Positions 53,847 through 63,262 are shown, counted from the first letter of the stretch. The stretch is 64,000 bases of DNA from an uncultured Chloroflexia bacterium (GCA_963724295.1 CAVRUC010000009.1:192001-256000); one strand, 5' to 3'. A program made the numbers and translations. Notes: generated by a model from the letters alone, not told the origin.

Positions 53847-56042
53847 CTAGACCAGCAAGCCCGTCTCTTCGAACTCTTGGAGACGCAGCGCTGGCAAGAA
53901 CTCTTTATTGTTATAGAGCTGTTTCAATGACGTGAGATCGATCGCTTTGAGCCGGTTCGCCGGGATGTCGTCGCCCTCACCCTCCTTCCACGCGCTGATC
54001 CACAGCGATGCCAGGACATGGCATCCGGCGGCGATGCAGGTCACCGTGCGGTCGCCGAGCACTTCCCACATGTGCGGAATTCGCGCGGCACCCGTGGCGC
54101 CGTTGAACGCCTCGATTACGTCCATGGGCGGAAGCGTAGTGATGGTCTGGCGCAGCAAATCGACCACGGCCACCGCGGCGCCATGACCACCGCACACCTC
54201 GCCGCTGGCCGTCTGTCCCTCCAACGTCGCCAAAACGCCCGCGATGAGCTCTGCCGCGCGCCGTTCGATCATGCTCGTCTCGTAGACGCTGTGAACCCGT
54301 TCCTCTTCGGGATGACCCGGACGTCCATGATGCAAGAAGGAGGCGTGCAGGGGTTGGCAGGCGTCGCCGACATAATGGGCCATGATCCCGCCGGCACATA
54401 AGAACCGCGCTACATCTCTCTCACGCGCGAACCCCACCATGTCCTGGTAGATCTGCCAGATGCGGAATGGCAATGCGCCCCGTTTCGTCCCAATATCCAG
54501 GCTGTCGTAGAAGCGGTTCCAGCGGGCCACGGTGACGTTCGCGTCGTTCTCACAGAGCTCGAGGAGCGTGGTGCCCGCGAACTCTCCTCTCCCCTCTTCA
54601 TCCATGTCCGCGAAGTGATTGCCACTGTCTTTCGGCCGGGACGCCCGCCAGACGAGATCGGCCACATTGGCAAGTGGTACGAAGCCTTCCGGGTCCAGCG
54701 CCGGCAATTGGCCGGAACCAAGTGATTCGCGAGAAAGGGCAATGCGATCACGATTGCGGTCGATCAGCGTACGCAGCTTGCCCTCCGGAACCAGATCACA
54801 GGCCAGCGCGCCGACGGTGTAATGCCCGACAGTTCCCCAGTACTCGGCAAGGCCGATATTCCAATCACGAATCAGTTCGACGTCGAGCTCGCGGCTGATG
54901 GTGCTGACATAGGTTGCCAGAGCGAAGCGAAGCTCGGTCTCCGTCGCTGAATCCAGGAGGCGATGTCCTCCCCACTGGAGAGCGATCGGCCGCAGGCGTG
55001 GCGCGCGGAGTCCGGATTGCCGTTGCTCGTCTTTCTCCGGGTCGAAAAACCACAGCGTGCCTGAATCACCGGGGCGAGTCGTGAGCGGCGGTCCATCTTC
55101 GCGCCCGCCGATGAGCACATCAGCCTCGTAGTCGACGCCACCGATGGAGCGGTAGCGATAGAAGAGCGCCTGGACGCGTCCTGACAATTGTCCCGATGCA
55201 CAGCCAAAGGCGCGCACGTGACTACCGATAAGATCGAGCGAAAGCGTGCTCGTGTTGAGATCGATCGGCGGACCGATCTCGCCGATGCCAAAGACCTGCG
55301 CTGTCCAGTCCGCCAGATCGTCCACCCGGATCAAGCCGGCGTCGAGATTTGCAAAGGCTCGTGTGTCGGGCCACCCTGGATACGCCTTTGCAAAGGGCAG
55401 TTTCCCGATCTGCTTCTCATCCGAGACACCGATTTGGACTCGCTCACCACGAAGCATGGAATAGATCGGGCGTCCAGCTGGGCCAGTAACATGGCGGTTG
55501 GTGAGAGCGTAGATGGCGTCTCCATCGGTCACGAGACACCCGATCGAGCCAATGTGTTCTCGGCCTTGGGAATCGGTGAGCACCGGGAAGCCGCCGCCAA
55601 TGAGTTCACTGGGAAACGTGACTCCGGGGAGCGCGGGGAGCGCTTGTTCCTGCTCCTCGACCAGGACGACGCAGGTTGGCACGATCCGGCCATCCGGCAT
55701 ATAGAGGAAGCTCGGGACGACGTCGTCCGGCCGGTCGCGCCACTCCTCAGGGCTCATCCAGTGATCGACGAAGACGAGCACACACGGCCACGACCAGCGC
55801 GTGATGGTCGAGTTCTGCAATGTGCGCGCCCGCGAAGCTCGGCGTGTTCCGTCCACCGCCGGGGCCGTCTCGTTCGGGTTGCGCGCGTCTGGGTCAGAGT
55901 TGCGGATCCAGAATCGGCCGATTGCGGTCGCGACGACGTGTTCCATGTGCGCAAGGTGCACGTGGTACGCATTGCGCGCCTCGAGCAGGTCGAGTACTGA
56001 CAGGGAACTGAAGTCGCGCTCAGGATTTAGCGGATCAGCCAC
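53847..56042 (-). CDS. fusion of a NAL1-like trypsin-fold serine protease and an S1/P1 nuclease / Zn-phospholipase C domain
   Basis: Protease: GSIGCLV, LTNRHV (His), LDAGLI (Asp), PGDSG (Ser), PIALQWGG. Nuclease: WGTVGH, NVAD, NHFAD, HYVGDACQPLH, VHSVYE. ORF is open to a TTG at 56153; GTG at 56042 is the preferred start. Confidence 0.82.
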   Translation of the reverse strand: MADPLNPERDFSSLSVLDLLEARNAYHVHLAHMEHVVATAIGRFWIRNSDPDARNPNETAPAVDGTRRASRARTLQNSTITRWSWPCVLVFVDHWMSPEEWRDRPDDVVPSFLYMPDGRIVPTCVVLVEEQEQALPALPGVTFPSELIGGGFPVLTDSQGREHIGSIGCLVTDGDAIYALTNRHVTGPAGRPIYSMLRGERVQIGVSDEKQIGKLPFAKAYPGWPDTRAFANLDAGLIRVDDLADWTAQVFGIGEIGPPIDLNTSTLSLDLIGSHVRAFGCASGQLSGRVQALFYRYRSIGGVDYEADVLIGGREDGPPLTTRPGDSGTLWFFDPEKDEQRQSGLRAPRLRPIALQWGGHRLLDSATETELRFALATYVSTISRELDVELIRDWNIGLAEYWGTVGHYTVGALACDLVPEGKLRTLIDRNRDRIALSRESLGSGQLPALDPEGFVPLANVADLVWRASRPKDSGNHFADMDEEGRGEFAGTTLLELCENDANVTVARWNRFYDSLDIGTKRGALPFRIWQIYQDMVGFARERDVARFLCAGGIMAHYVGDACQPLHASFLHHGRPGHPEEERVHSVYETSMIERRAAELIAGVLATLEGQTASGEVCGGHGAAVAVVDLLRQTITTLPPMDVIEAFNGATGAARIPHMWEVLGDRTVTCIAAGCHVLASLWISAWKEGEGDDIPANRLKAIDLTSLKQLYNNKEFLPALRLQEFEETGLLV

Positions 56043-56230
56043 CGGAATTGTCCTTGCCTTGATCGTGCTAGATGCCACCGCGGTGAAACGCGAAATGTGG
56101 TCAGGGTAGTGAAGGAGCAACCATGATGACCCTGCCGGACGACGAAGTTCCAATGCTAGTGAACTCCCTTTTTCAGCTGTATAAAGTGATGATGCCAGAG
56201 TGTAGCAGATGATGTCTACAAGTCTACTGG

Positions 56231-57118
56231 TTAGGAGAGAAGATAGAGCGGGTTCTGCGCACCTGCTTCCTCTGATCGTCGCTCACGGGAATCTCGACCG
56301 AGGGCGACCGTCATTGGTGCACGTCTCAAGCGAAACGACTCGTCAGGCCGGTAGTGTTGCATCCACGGGTACCGTTCTCCCCACTCGTCGAAAGCCTCGT
56401 CGCAGCCGGCCTGGCGACCGAGTCGATCGATGATCGCGAGCAGCCGCTGCTGCGTCGCCGCGTCGGCGCTGGCGAGAATGGTGTCGATGAGCGCCAGCAG
56501 CTCGTCAGCCGGAAGCGGGAAGGATTGCAGCGGACGCGCCTCCAGCTCGCGCGCCAGGTAGCCGTAGTACGGCCGGTGTCGCCCCTCCAGAGCGAAGATG
56601 ACTGTCAGCGCGTGCCCGATCGCATCCGCGGCTTCCAACCGCGCTCCCAGATCGTTCCCGTTGCTCAGACATTTCAGCGAGCGATACAGACTGTTGGTGT
56701 ACGCGCCCAGGGCCGTGCGGACGACGGCCAGGCGATGCTCTTCCGGGATGACCCCCTTCTCGTCGACGAGCTGTTGCACCTGACCGGTCTTGTCGACGAG
56801 CACTGAAACGTCGGCGAAGCTGTACCGCTCGTTGCAAAAGGTTTCCCACCCCAGCGGGTCGCCCCACGTGGCGGCGAAGGGCTCCAGCTCCGCTAGCGAC
56901 ATCACCCACCAATCGAGCCCCGCCCACGCCTCACGCTCAGAGAACCGGGCGCGGTATTCCTCGAGAGCCTCCGGGCGCACAACCAGCAGCACGTCGAAGT
57001 CCGACGCTTCGCCGCCAAATCCTTTGCCTCGCGAACCCGTCAGGACCAGCCCGACGATCTGTGGATCCTCGCGCGCTTCTCGGAGGAGGTTCTGGAACCG
57101 TCCCTCGGCCGTGGCCAT
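56231..57118 (-). CDS. Pol-beta superfamily nucleotidyltransferase with helical C-terminal domain
   Basis: GLVLTGSRGKG....SDFDVLLVV (hGS...DxD), third acidic residue in LDWWV; C-terminal IFALEGR.RPYY.YL. Confidence 0.8.
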   Translation of the reverse strand: MATAEGRFQNLLREAREDPQIVGLVLTGSRGKGFGGEASDFDVLLVVRPEALEEYRARFSEREAWAGLDWWVMSLAELEPFAATWGDPLGWETFCNERYSFADVSVLVDKTGQVQQLVDEKGVIPEEHRLAVVRTALGAYTNSLYRSLKCLSNGNDLGARLEAADAIGHALTVIFALEGRHRPYYGYLARELEARPLQSFPLPADELLALIDTILASADAATQQRLLAIIDRLGRQAGCDEAFDEWGERYPWMQHYRPDESFRLRRAPMTVALGRDSRERRSEEAGAQNPLYLLS

Positions 57119-57491
57119 TCTTGCTACCTGCGGTGACAGGCGTAGGACCATAGCCACAACAGCTGGCCATTGCGCCCGCGTCAGAACCTGGGAGAAGTTC
57201 GCTCGGCGTCAGGCGCGAGTATCTCAAGAATCGTGCAACGTCGGCCGCATTCCCTGATCGCGGCAACCGGTAGAGCTCGTGGCCGACGCTTGTTGCCCGA
57301 CTCCCTTGGTTTACCGCCTCCGGCGTCAGCGGTCGGCGAGTCTGCCCGCCGCCCAAGAGGAGAAGAGTCCCGCGCAAGACGGTCACACAGGCAGTATTGA
57401 CATGCATTGCAATATGATCCTTAAATGAAACCATCATAACGTTCGAGTGTAGTCAGTCGGCGCGGCCGCTGACTCCTGAAGGGAGTGGTCC

Positions 57492-57974
57492 ATGCAGCAC
57501 CTGTACACCGTCGAGGCCGGCGACACACTGCGGTCCATTGCTCAGCGGTTCTATGGCGACGAGAACCAATGGCGCCGCATCTTCAACGCCAACCGGGACC
57601 AGATCTCCAACCCCGACCAGATTTCCGTGGGGTGGGTGCTGACCATCCCGGGCTTTCGTCCGTACGCCGTCAAGGCCGGTGACACGCTGAGATCCATCGC
57701 CCAGGGCTTCTACGGCGACGAAAATCAATGGCCGCGCATCTTCAACGCTAACCGGGATCAGATCAATGATCCCGACGTGATTTCCGTGGGGTGGATCCTG
57801 CGCATTCCGACGGACTTCCTGTACACCGTCGTGGCTGGCGACACGCTGCGATCCATCGCTCAGCAGATCTACGGCGACGAGAGCCAGTGGCAGCGCATCT
57901 TCGACGAAAACCGGGACCAGATCTCAAATCCCGACGTGATTACGGCCGGGCAGGTGCTAATTATTCCACTGTAG
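57492..57974 (+). CDS. triple LysM-domain protein without signal peptide
   Basis: Three copies of [41 protein letters not shown]. Confidence 0.9.
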   Translation: MQHLYTVEAGDTLRSIAQRFYGDENQWRRIFNANRDQISNPDQISVGWVLTIPGFRPYAVKAGDTLRSIAQGFYGDENQWPRIFNANRDQINDPDVISVGWILRIPTDFLYTVVAGDTLRSIAQQIYGDESQWQRIFDENRDQISNPDVITAGQVLIIPL

Positions 57975-58013
57975 AAAAGCAGCTGGGTGGCGTTGAAGGG
58001 CTGAAGCTCTATG

Positions 58014-58047
58014 AGAAGCCGGCCAGGTTGATTCCCGGCCGGCTTCT
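58014..58047. terminator. hairpin after the LysM gene
   Basis: AGAAGCCGGCC-N12-GGCCGGCTTCT followed by ATT. Confidence 0.6.
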
Positions 58048-58117
58048 ATTCCGAGGGTTGTCGCAAGCCATGCAGTGCGCCGAAAACGAAGCGTGACGGA
58101 TGCCTACGTCGATCGCT

Positions 58118-59063
58118 TCACGCGGCCGCGTCGAGCAGCGGCGCGCTTCCCTGGTTGCGCTGGGTGCGCAGGCGGCGCCAGAGATGAACGACGATCGCCC
58201 CCGCCCCGAAGAGCCCGGCCAGCGCGATGACGATCCCTCCCACGATCGGGAATCAGCCCGATGACCTGGAAAATGACGACGCCGAGCACGGCCTCCAAAT
58301 AGGGGTGGGCGAGATCAGGCCTCGTGTGACGGAGATCGGCGACGAAGAACCCGAGCCGTGTTCCCGTCGTCACGTACCCGAGACCCCATAGGAGCGGCAA
58401 AACAACCAACAGCAGGGTGATGCCGATCGGAATGCCAATCACCGTGAAAAACGCCACGATGGCGCCGATCGGAGCCACGATCCAGAAGATCACCGCGGCC
58501 GCGGCCGCCAGCCCCGGCCGCGCGCCGAGCAGGCCGGCGACGTCCGCCAGCTGGCGCCCCCCGATCGCGGCCCATCCCAGCGCCACGACGACAAAGAGCA
58601 GCGTCATTCCCAGCCAGGCAACAAAGGAGACTGCCGCCGTGACCCGCCTCAGCTCGGCGCCCATCGCCGCTCCACTTCGTTCCACGACCTCGCCGGCGAT
58701 CACCGCACCATCGGCTTGATTCAGCTGGCCATTGATCAGCACGACGTCGCCATCAATGCGCGCCGTCGACTCGAGACGAAGCGTGCCGTTGACGACGATC
58801 GCATCCCGGCCGACATCGCCGGAGACCGTCGCCGTCTGATTGACGACCACGAGCGTGTCACGCACCTCGCCCGCCACTTGGGCATCGCTGTTGACGGCAA
58901 CCAACGTGTCGACGCTCTCACCGGCCGCCAGCTCAACCGTGCCGTTAACACGGACATAAACGTCGTCCTTGTTCTCCTGTGCCAGTACTCTCCCAGGCGC
59001 CAGGAGTAGCGCCAGCGCCGCCGCGACAAGCGCCATGAGCGTGACGTGGCTACGGGGGATCAT
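58118..59063 (-). CDS. membrane protein with N-terminal bactofilin-like beta-helix (frameshift ~58245)
   Basis: Signal peptide; repeats V.G.V.GD.V.VNG; C-terminal TM bundle including TVIGIPIG. Confidence 0.7.
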
Positions 59064-59247
59064 GTGGCCACCGTTCCTTTCATCGGGCACAGCGGTGCCT
59101 GGCCGCGACTCTCGGTATTCTCAGATGCACACGCTCATTATCACCCGAGGAATTCTGCTCAGCGCCATGGCGCGGGGACGTGAAGCGGCGCTATCGAACC
59201 CAGAGGCTCTGCCAGGGCGGGCTGGTGGGTCTTGTCGGCGCACCGTC

Positions 59248-59294
59248 TTGGCAAACCCGACCGCTCCCGCTACGCTCTGTCCGAACAGACGTTC
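59248..59294 (+). promoter_or_regulatory. promoter with LexA (SOS) box
   Basis: TTGGCA-N17-TACGCT (59248-59276), then CGAAC-AGAC-GTTCG (core 59283-59294) over the predicted +1. Confidence 0.75.
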
Positions 59295-59315
59295 GGTGTA
59301 CGGACGGAGGGAAGC

Positions 59316-59987
59316 GTGGGCGAGTGGCTGCCCGTCGAATCGACGGGCCATCGTGCATATCTTGCCGTGCCGGATCGTGGGTCCGGTCCCGGCGTGCTGG
59401 TCCTGCACGCCTGGTGGGGGCTGACGCCGGTCTTCACCGAGGTGTGCGACCGATTGGCGGCGGCAGGTTTCGTGGCGCTGGCGCCGGGTCTGTTCCCCGA
59501 CGAGGCGACGGCCGCGACCATCGCCGAGGCCGAGGCGTTGCTCGGTGCGCTCGATGAGGCGGCCGTGGCGGAGCCGGTCGTGCAGGCCGCGACCGACCAG
59601 CTGCTCGGATTGCCGGTGGTGACCGGAGGATCGATCGCGGTAATCGGCTTCTCGCTCGGCGCCTACTGGGCGCTGCATCTGTCGCAGGCGCGGCCGGACG
59701 ACATCGGCGCGGTTGTCGTCTTCTACGGCACGGATGACGGCGATTACAGCACCGCGCGGGCCGCCTTCCTCGGTCACTTCGCCGAGCATGATGACTACGA
59801 GCCGCAAGAGGCCGTGCGCTCGTTGGAGGAGAGGATCCGCGCCGCGGGGCGCGATGTGACCTTCCACGTCTATCCCGGCACCGGCCACTGGTTCTTCGAA
59901 CCAGACCAGCCGCAGGCCTACGACGCCAGGGCAGCGGAGTTGGCCTGGGTGCGTACGCTGGACTTTCTGAAGGCGCAACAGACCTGA
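59316..59987 (+). CDS. dienelactone hydrolase family protein
   Basis: PGVLVLHAWWGL, RLA..GFVALAP, GFSLGA, FYG, HFAEHD, YPGTGHWF. Confidence 0.9.
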   Translation: MGEWLPVESTGHRAYLAVPDRGSGPGVLVLHAWWGLTPVFTEVCDRLAAAGFVALAPGLFPDEATAATIAEAEALLGALDEAAVAEPVVQAATDQLLGLPVVTGGSIAVIGFSLGAYWALHLSQARPDDIGAVVVFYGTDDGDYSTARAAFLGHFAEHDDYEPQEAVRSLEERIRAAGRDVTFHVYPGTGHWFFEPDQPQAYDARAAELAWVRTLDFLKAQQT

Positions 59988-59991
59988 CCGG

Positions 59992-60471
59992 CTAGGAGTT
60001 CAGCAACTCATAATCCCAGAGCCCGTGATCGACCTCGGGCAAGTTGGGCACCCCTAGGCGTTCCAGGATATGCAGCGCCTCGGTGCGATGCTCCGCATTG
60101 TGCAGCACGACGTGGAGGATCGTGCCGCCGAACGACTTGCGCGCGTCGTAGTGATCGATGTAGGTGTCCTCCAGGCGCTGCTCGTCGCGAAACTGGCGAG
60201 CGAGGGAGGCGAAGCCTGCGTAGGAGCGCTCGTGGCGGGCGATCAGCGCGGTCACTGAGCGGTCGTCTCGCTGCTCGTCGACCGGCTGCTCGGTCATCAA
60301 TGCGGTCCAGAATGCGATGTTGACGATCACATGCTCGAAGGTGTCGCGCAATGTCCGGTGACCGATATCGAATTCCTGATCGAGCTGTGCATCGGTCAGA
60401 CCGCGGCTCAGGTCCAGGAGCTGGGCCGTGGCCCAGTGGTCGTGCTCCAACAGCCGATCGAGCAGATCCAT
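59992..60471 (-). CDS. DinB family protein
   Basis: H..WAT..LL, TLR.T..H, LHV..H..EHR metal-binding histidines. Confidence 0.85.
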   Translation of the reverse strand: MDLLDRLLEHDHWATAQLLDLSRGLTDAQLDQEFDIGHRTLRDTFEHVIVNIAFWTALMTEQPVDEQRDDRSVTALIARHERSYAGFASLARQFRDEQRLEDTYIDHYDARKSFGGTILHVVLHNAEHRTEALHILERLGVPNLPEVDHGLWDYELLNS

Positions 60472-60748
60472 CCGATGCTCTCCATAGTCAATGCCGGCCT
60501 CAGGGGATCGACGTCCATCCATGGTAGAAGGTAATGCGGACATCGCTCGTCCTGAAAGGGATCTCCGCCGCGGTTGCCAGCGTTACGGCGCGGATTTCAG
60601 CGGCACCCCGTCCAGAAGTGCCACGAAGTCTTTCAGCGAACTCGACTTGGCCGGCCGGCGGCGGTGTTTCCGCTGCCATGCCTGAGCGTTCGGACGCGCC
60701 ACGGCGATGCGAGACACCCAGCTCCTTGAGGCGCCACGACTCCGCGTT

Positions 60749-61036
60749 CTACACCTCGGCAGCGTCGCGACCCACCATTGAGGGCCGGGATTCCGGCGCG
60801 GAATTGGCCGCGCTCGACGTGGCTGGCGGTGGTTCAGGGGTGCTCTCCGCCAGCGTGCGTGCGCCCTGACCGTAGCGCATCGGCGCCATCCCGAACAGCA
60901 CCATCGCCGTGATCAGGAGCAGGATGGCCACTAACGTTCTCTGCATCGTGCCGTCGCCGGTGACCAGGAGCACCAAACCGAGCACGAGCGGGACCGCGGC
61001 GGCGATCCACCATCTGCGGGGCGTTCCAAGAAACAT
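60749..61036 (-). CDS. small two-TM membrane protein
   Basis: Two hydrophobic helices; AAAGGA RBS. Confidence 0.55.
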   Translation of the reverse strand: MFLGTPRRWWIAAAVPLVLGLVLLVTGDGTMQRTLVAILLLITAMVLFGMAPMRYGQGARTLAESTPEPPPATSSAANSAPESRPSMVGRDAAEV

Positions 61037-61224
61037 CCTGGTTTCCTTTCTGCGATGAAGCCGTCCGGAATATCCTCCCTGGCTCGGTAGCGTCGGAGCC
61101 GCGGGAAGCTACCGCGACCGCGGACAGAAGCCGCGTTGGCGACCTCGATGATACCGCTCCGCTGGGCAGCAGCACGACGTCACCGGCTGACCAGTGAGGA
61201 CGCCCCCCATGCTACCGTTCGACC

Positions 61225-61704
61225 ATGAGCGCGACTCACATCCAACGCCACATCCACGCGCCCCGCGCCGCCGTCTATCGCGCGTTGCTCGATGCCGAGG
61301 CGGTCGCGAGCTGGATGGTCCCGACCGGCATGACCAGCCAGGTGCATGCCTTCGACCCTCGCGAAGGCGGTGCGTTCCGGATCTCGCTCACGTACGACGA
61401 ACCGACCGGGACCGGCAAGACGACCGCGCACACCGACACCTACCACGGCCGCTTCGTCAAGCTCGTGCCGGACGAGCAGGTGGTCGAGATGGTCGAGTTC
61501 GAGACCGAAGACCCCGCGCTGCAAGGCGAGATGACGATCACCTTTGCGCTCGCCGATGCCGGCGGCGGCACCGAGGTCGTGGCCGTGCACGATGGGCTGC
61601 CACCCGGTCTGTCGGCCACCGACAACGAGACCGGCTGGCGGATGTCGCTGGCCAACCTCGCGGCACTCGTCGAGGCGGGAGACCCCGCACGACCGAACCA
61701 CTGA
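61225..61704 (+). CDS. SRPBCC (AHSA1/START-like) domain protein
   Basis: I.APRA.VYRALLD......W..P.GM, D.REGG.FRISL, G.FV.LVP, GW..SL..LA. Confidence 0.88.
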   Translation: MSATHIQRHIHAPRAAVYRALLDAEAVASWMVPTGMTSQVHAFDPREGGAFRISLTYDEPTGTGKTTAHTDTYHGRFVKLVPDEQVVEMVEFETEDPALQGEMTITFALADAGGGTEVVAVHDGLPPGLSATDNETGWRMSLANLAALVEAGDPARPNH

Positions 61705-61758
61705 CCGAGCCCCACTACCCCGTACGCGGCAGACTGGAAAAGCAAGTGAGCACCGTCG

Positions 61759-63042
61759 TCAAGGGTGCCACCGCGCGAGGTGCTCTCGGTGCGTCTCCAG
61801 ATAGGCCTCGGGTCCATAGAACCGGTCGTAATAGTCGAGATCGATGTGTTGCGCCTGGGCGTACACCCGCACGTAGACGCTTGGGATCGTGGCCGGGAAC
61901 TTCCCGAACGCGTCGTGGAGGTACTGTGCCACCTCTCCCAGCGCATCCACGAACTCCGGGCTGTATCGCTCGATCGCGGCCTTGATCCGCGCGTTGTCGC
62001 GGAACGGGCCGGCGCGGGCGGGATCGTACGTGCCGCCTGGGCCGAATTTCAGGGCCACGAAGCGATCCACGGCCGCTCGCATGTCCGCGAAGTACGGTGG
62101 GCAGAGTCCTTCGAAAACGTCATCCAGCCCGACCGGGTTTGGCGAAGTCCACGTGGGGTCATGGGTGAAGCGGAACCCCAGGCCGGGGATGCCGTCGCCG
62201 GCGAATGCGCCGAGCACACTCGGTGCATTCAGGCCGGTGAACATCCAGCCGCCGAGACCCATCGCCTGCATCACCAGCACGATGTTCTGGCAGATCAGTC
62301 CCAGTTCGATCGCTCCGGTGGTCAGCGTCGACTGCTCGATATCGACGATGGAGGCTTGCTTGCGCTCGTCGAGCAACCCGGATCGGATGAATCGATCCAG
62401 GTCGCCACACGGCCTGTTGTGCATTGGATCCCAGGGGACGGCGCCTTCGGCCAGCTGAATCGCCAGGAACTCCAGCAGTTGCTGCGTCAGGTCGACGATC
62501 GGGATGAAGAGCGTCGTGCCGGGCCGGTTGGCGTTCCAGTAGTTGTGCGCATCCATGTGCGGGGACGCGGCCGGGAGCTCGATCCTGCCGCCGGCGAGAC
62601 GCATGCAGTGCCTGTCCGCGCGGTGGACCAATTCGCCAAGATCGGATGCCGCCTGGAGTTCCTGCAACCGCGCCGGATCGAGATCGCGGAAGCGGGTGAT
62701 GAACGTTCCGGCATCGTCGCTGACGATCAGCTCGGAGGTCCCGATACCGGCGGCGCTCGCCGCGACCCGCCCGGTCAGCCGAATTGGGTAGTTGCAACCG
62801 CGGTCCGGATCGGCCGTGGCAGTGTGCTCCATCCCCAGGTGCCACCCGCTGACGCCGGCCCCGCACAGCACGAGCACTGTGCGCTCCAGATCGGTGAGCG
62901 GGAGCGGCGGATGCGACGAGTCAAAGGCGAGCGGTCCGTCCGGGATGGACATGCCCATGCCGAACCGACGGGAGCGCCGCCCAAACAGCGCCCTCAGCAA
63001 CGGGAACCGGGCCAGATTGTCGAGGGGAGTTCGTTGGTCCAA
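61759..63042 (-). CDS. hypothetical protein, possible nitroreductase-like fold
   Basis: RRSRRF near the N-terminus (FMN-phosphate-binding-like); ELGLICQNIVL..QAMGLGGW (nitroreductase-type helix); GGAG RBS before TTG. Confidence 0.55.
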   Translation of the reverse strand: MDQRTPLDNLARFPLLRALFGRRSRRFGMGMSIPDGPLAFDSSHPPLPLTDLERTVLVLCGAGVSGWHLGMEHTATADPDRGCNYPIRLTGRVAASAAGIGTSELIVSDDAGTFITRFRDLDPARLQELQAASDLGELVHRADRHCMRLAGGRIELPAASPHMDAHNYWNANRPGTTLFIPIVDLTQQLLEFLAIQLAEGAVPWDPMHNRPCGDLDRFIRSGLLDERKQASIVDIEQSTLTTGAIELGLICQNIVLVMQAMGLGGWMFTGLNAPSVLGAFAGDGIPGLGFRFTHDPTWTSPNPVGLDDVFEGLCPPYFADMRAAVDRFVALKFGPGGTYDPARAGPFRDNARIKAAIERYSPEFVDALGEVAQYLHDAFGKFPATIPSVYVRVYAQAQHIDLDYYDRFYGPEAYLETHREHLARWHP

Positions 63043-63262
63043 AACGCATCTCCAGGCGCGTCGACCCACCAGCCAGGACTCCGACCTCCCGCCGGAACTG
63101 AGGCCGACAACCACCGTAACCACCGTTGGTCATGGCCTCTATATGAAACCCGAGTCATTGGCTGTCAAGTGGAACACTGAAGCGTGGTGACCATAGTGGT
63201 CGCCCCAGGAGCCGGCTTCATCAGTACCAACAACGGTCGAAGCCCTGCGCAGGAACTGGTAA

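Noticed and set aside
56231..57118. NTase as a cGAS/DncV-like CBASS cyclase
   Set aside because: The catalytic motif lies very near the N-terminus and the C-domain resembles KNTase-like helical bundles; no Cap2/Cap3 or SAVED/patatin genes are adjacent. Kept only as a weak linkage hypothesis.
57500..57970. ~155-bp direct repeats as a possible CRISPR or other non-coding array
   Set aside because: They are in-frame LysM coding repeats with no unique spacers; no cas genes or CRISPR array were seen in the window.
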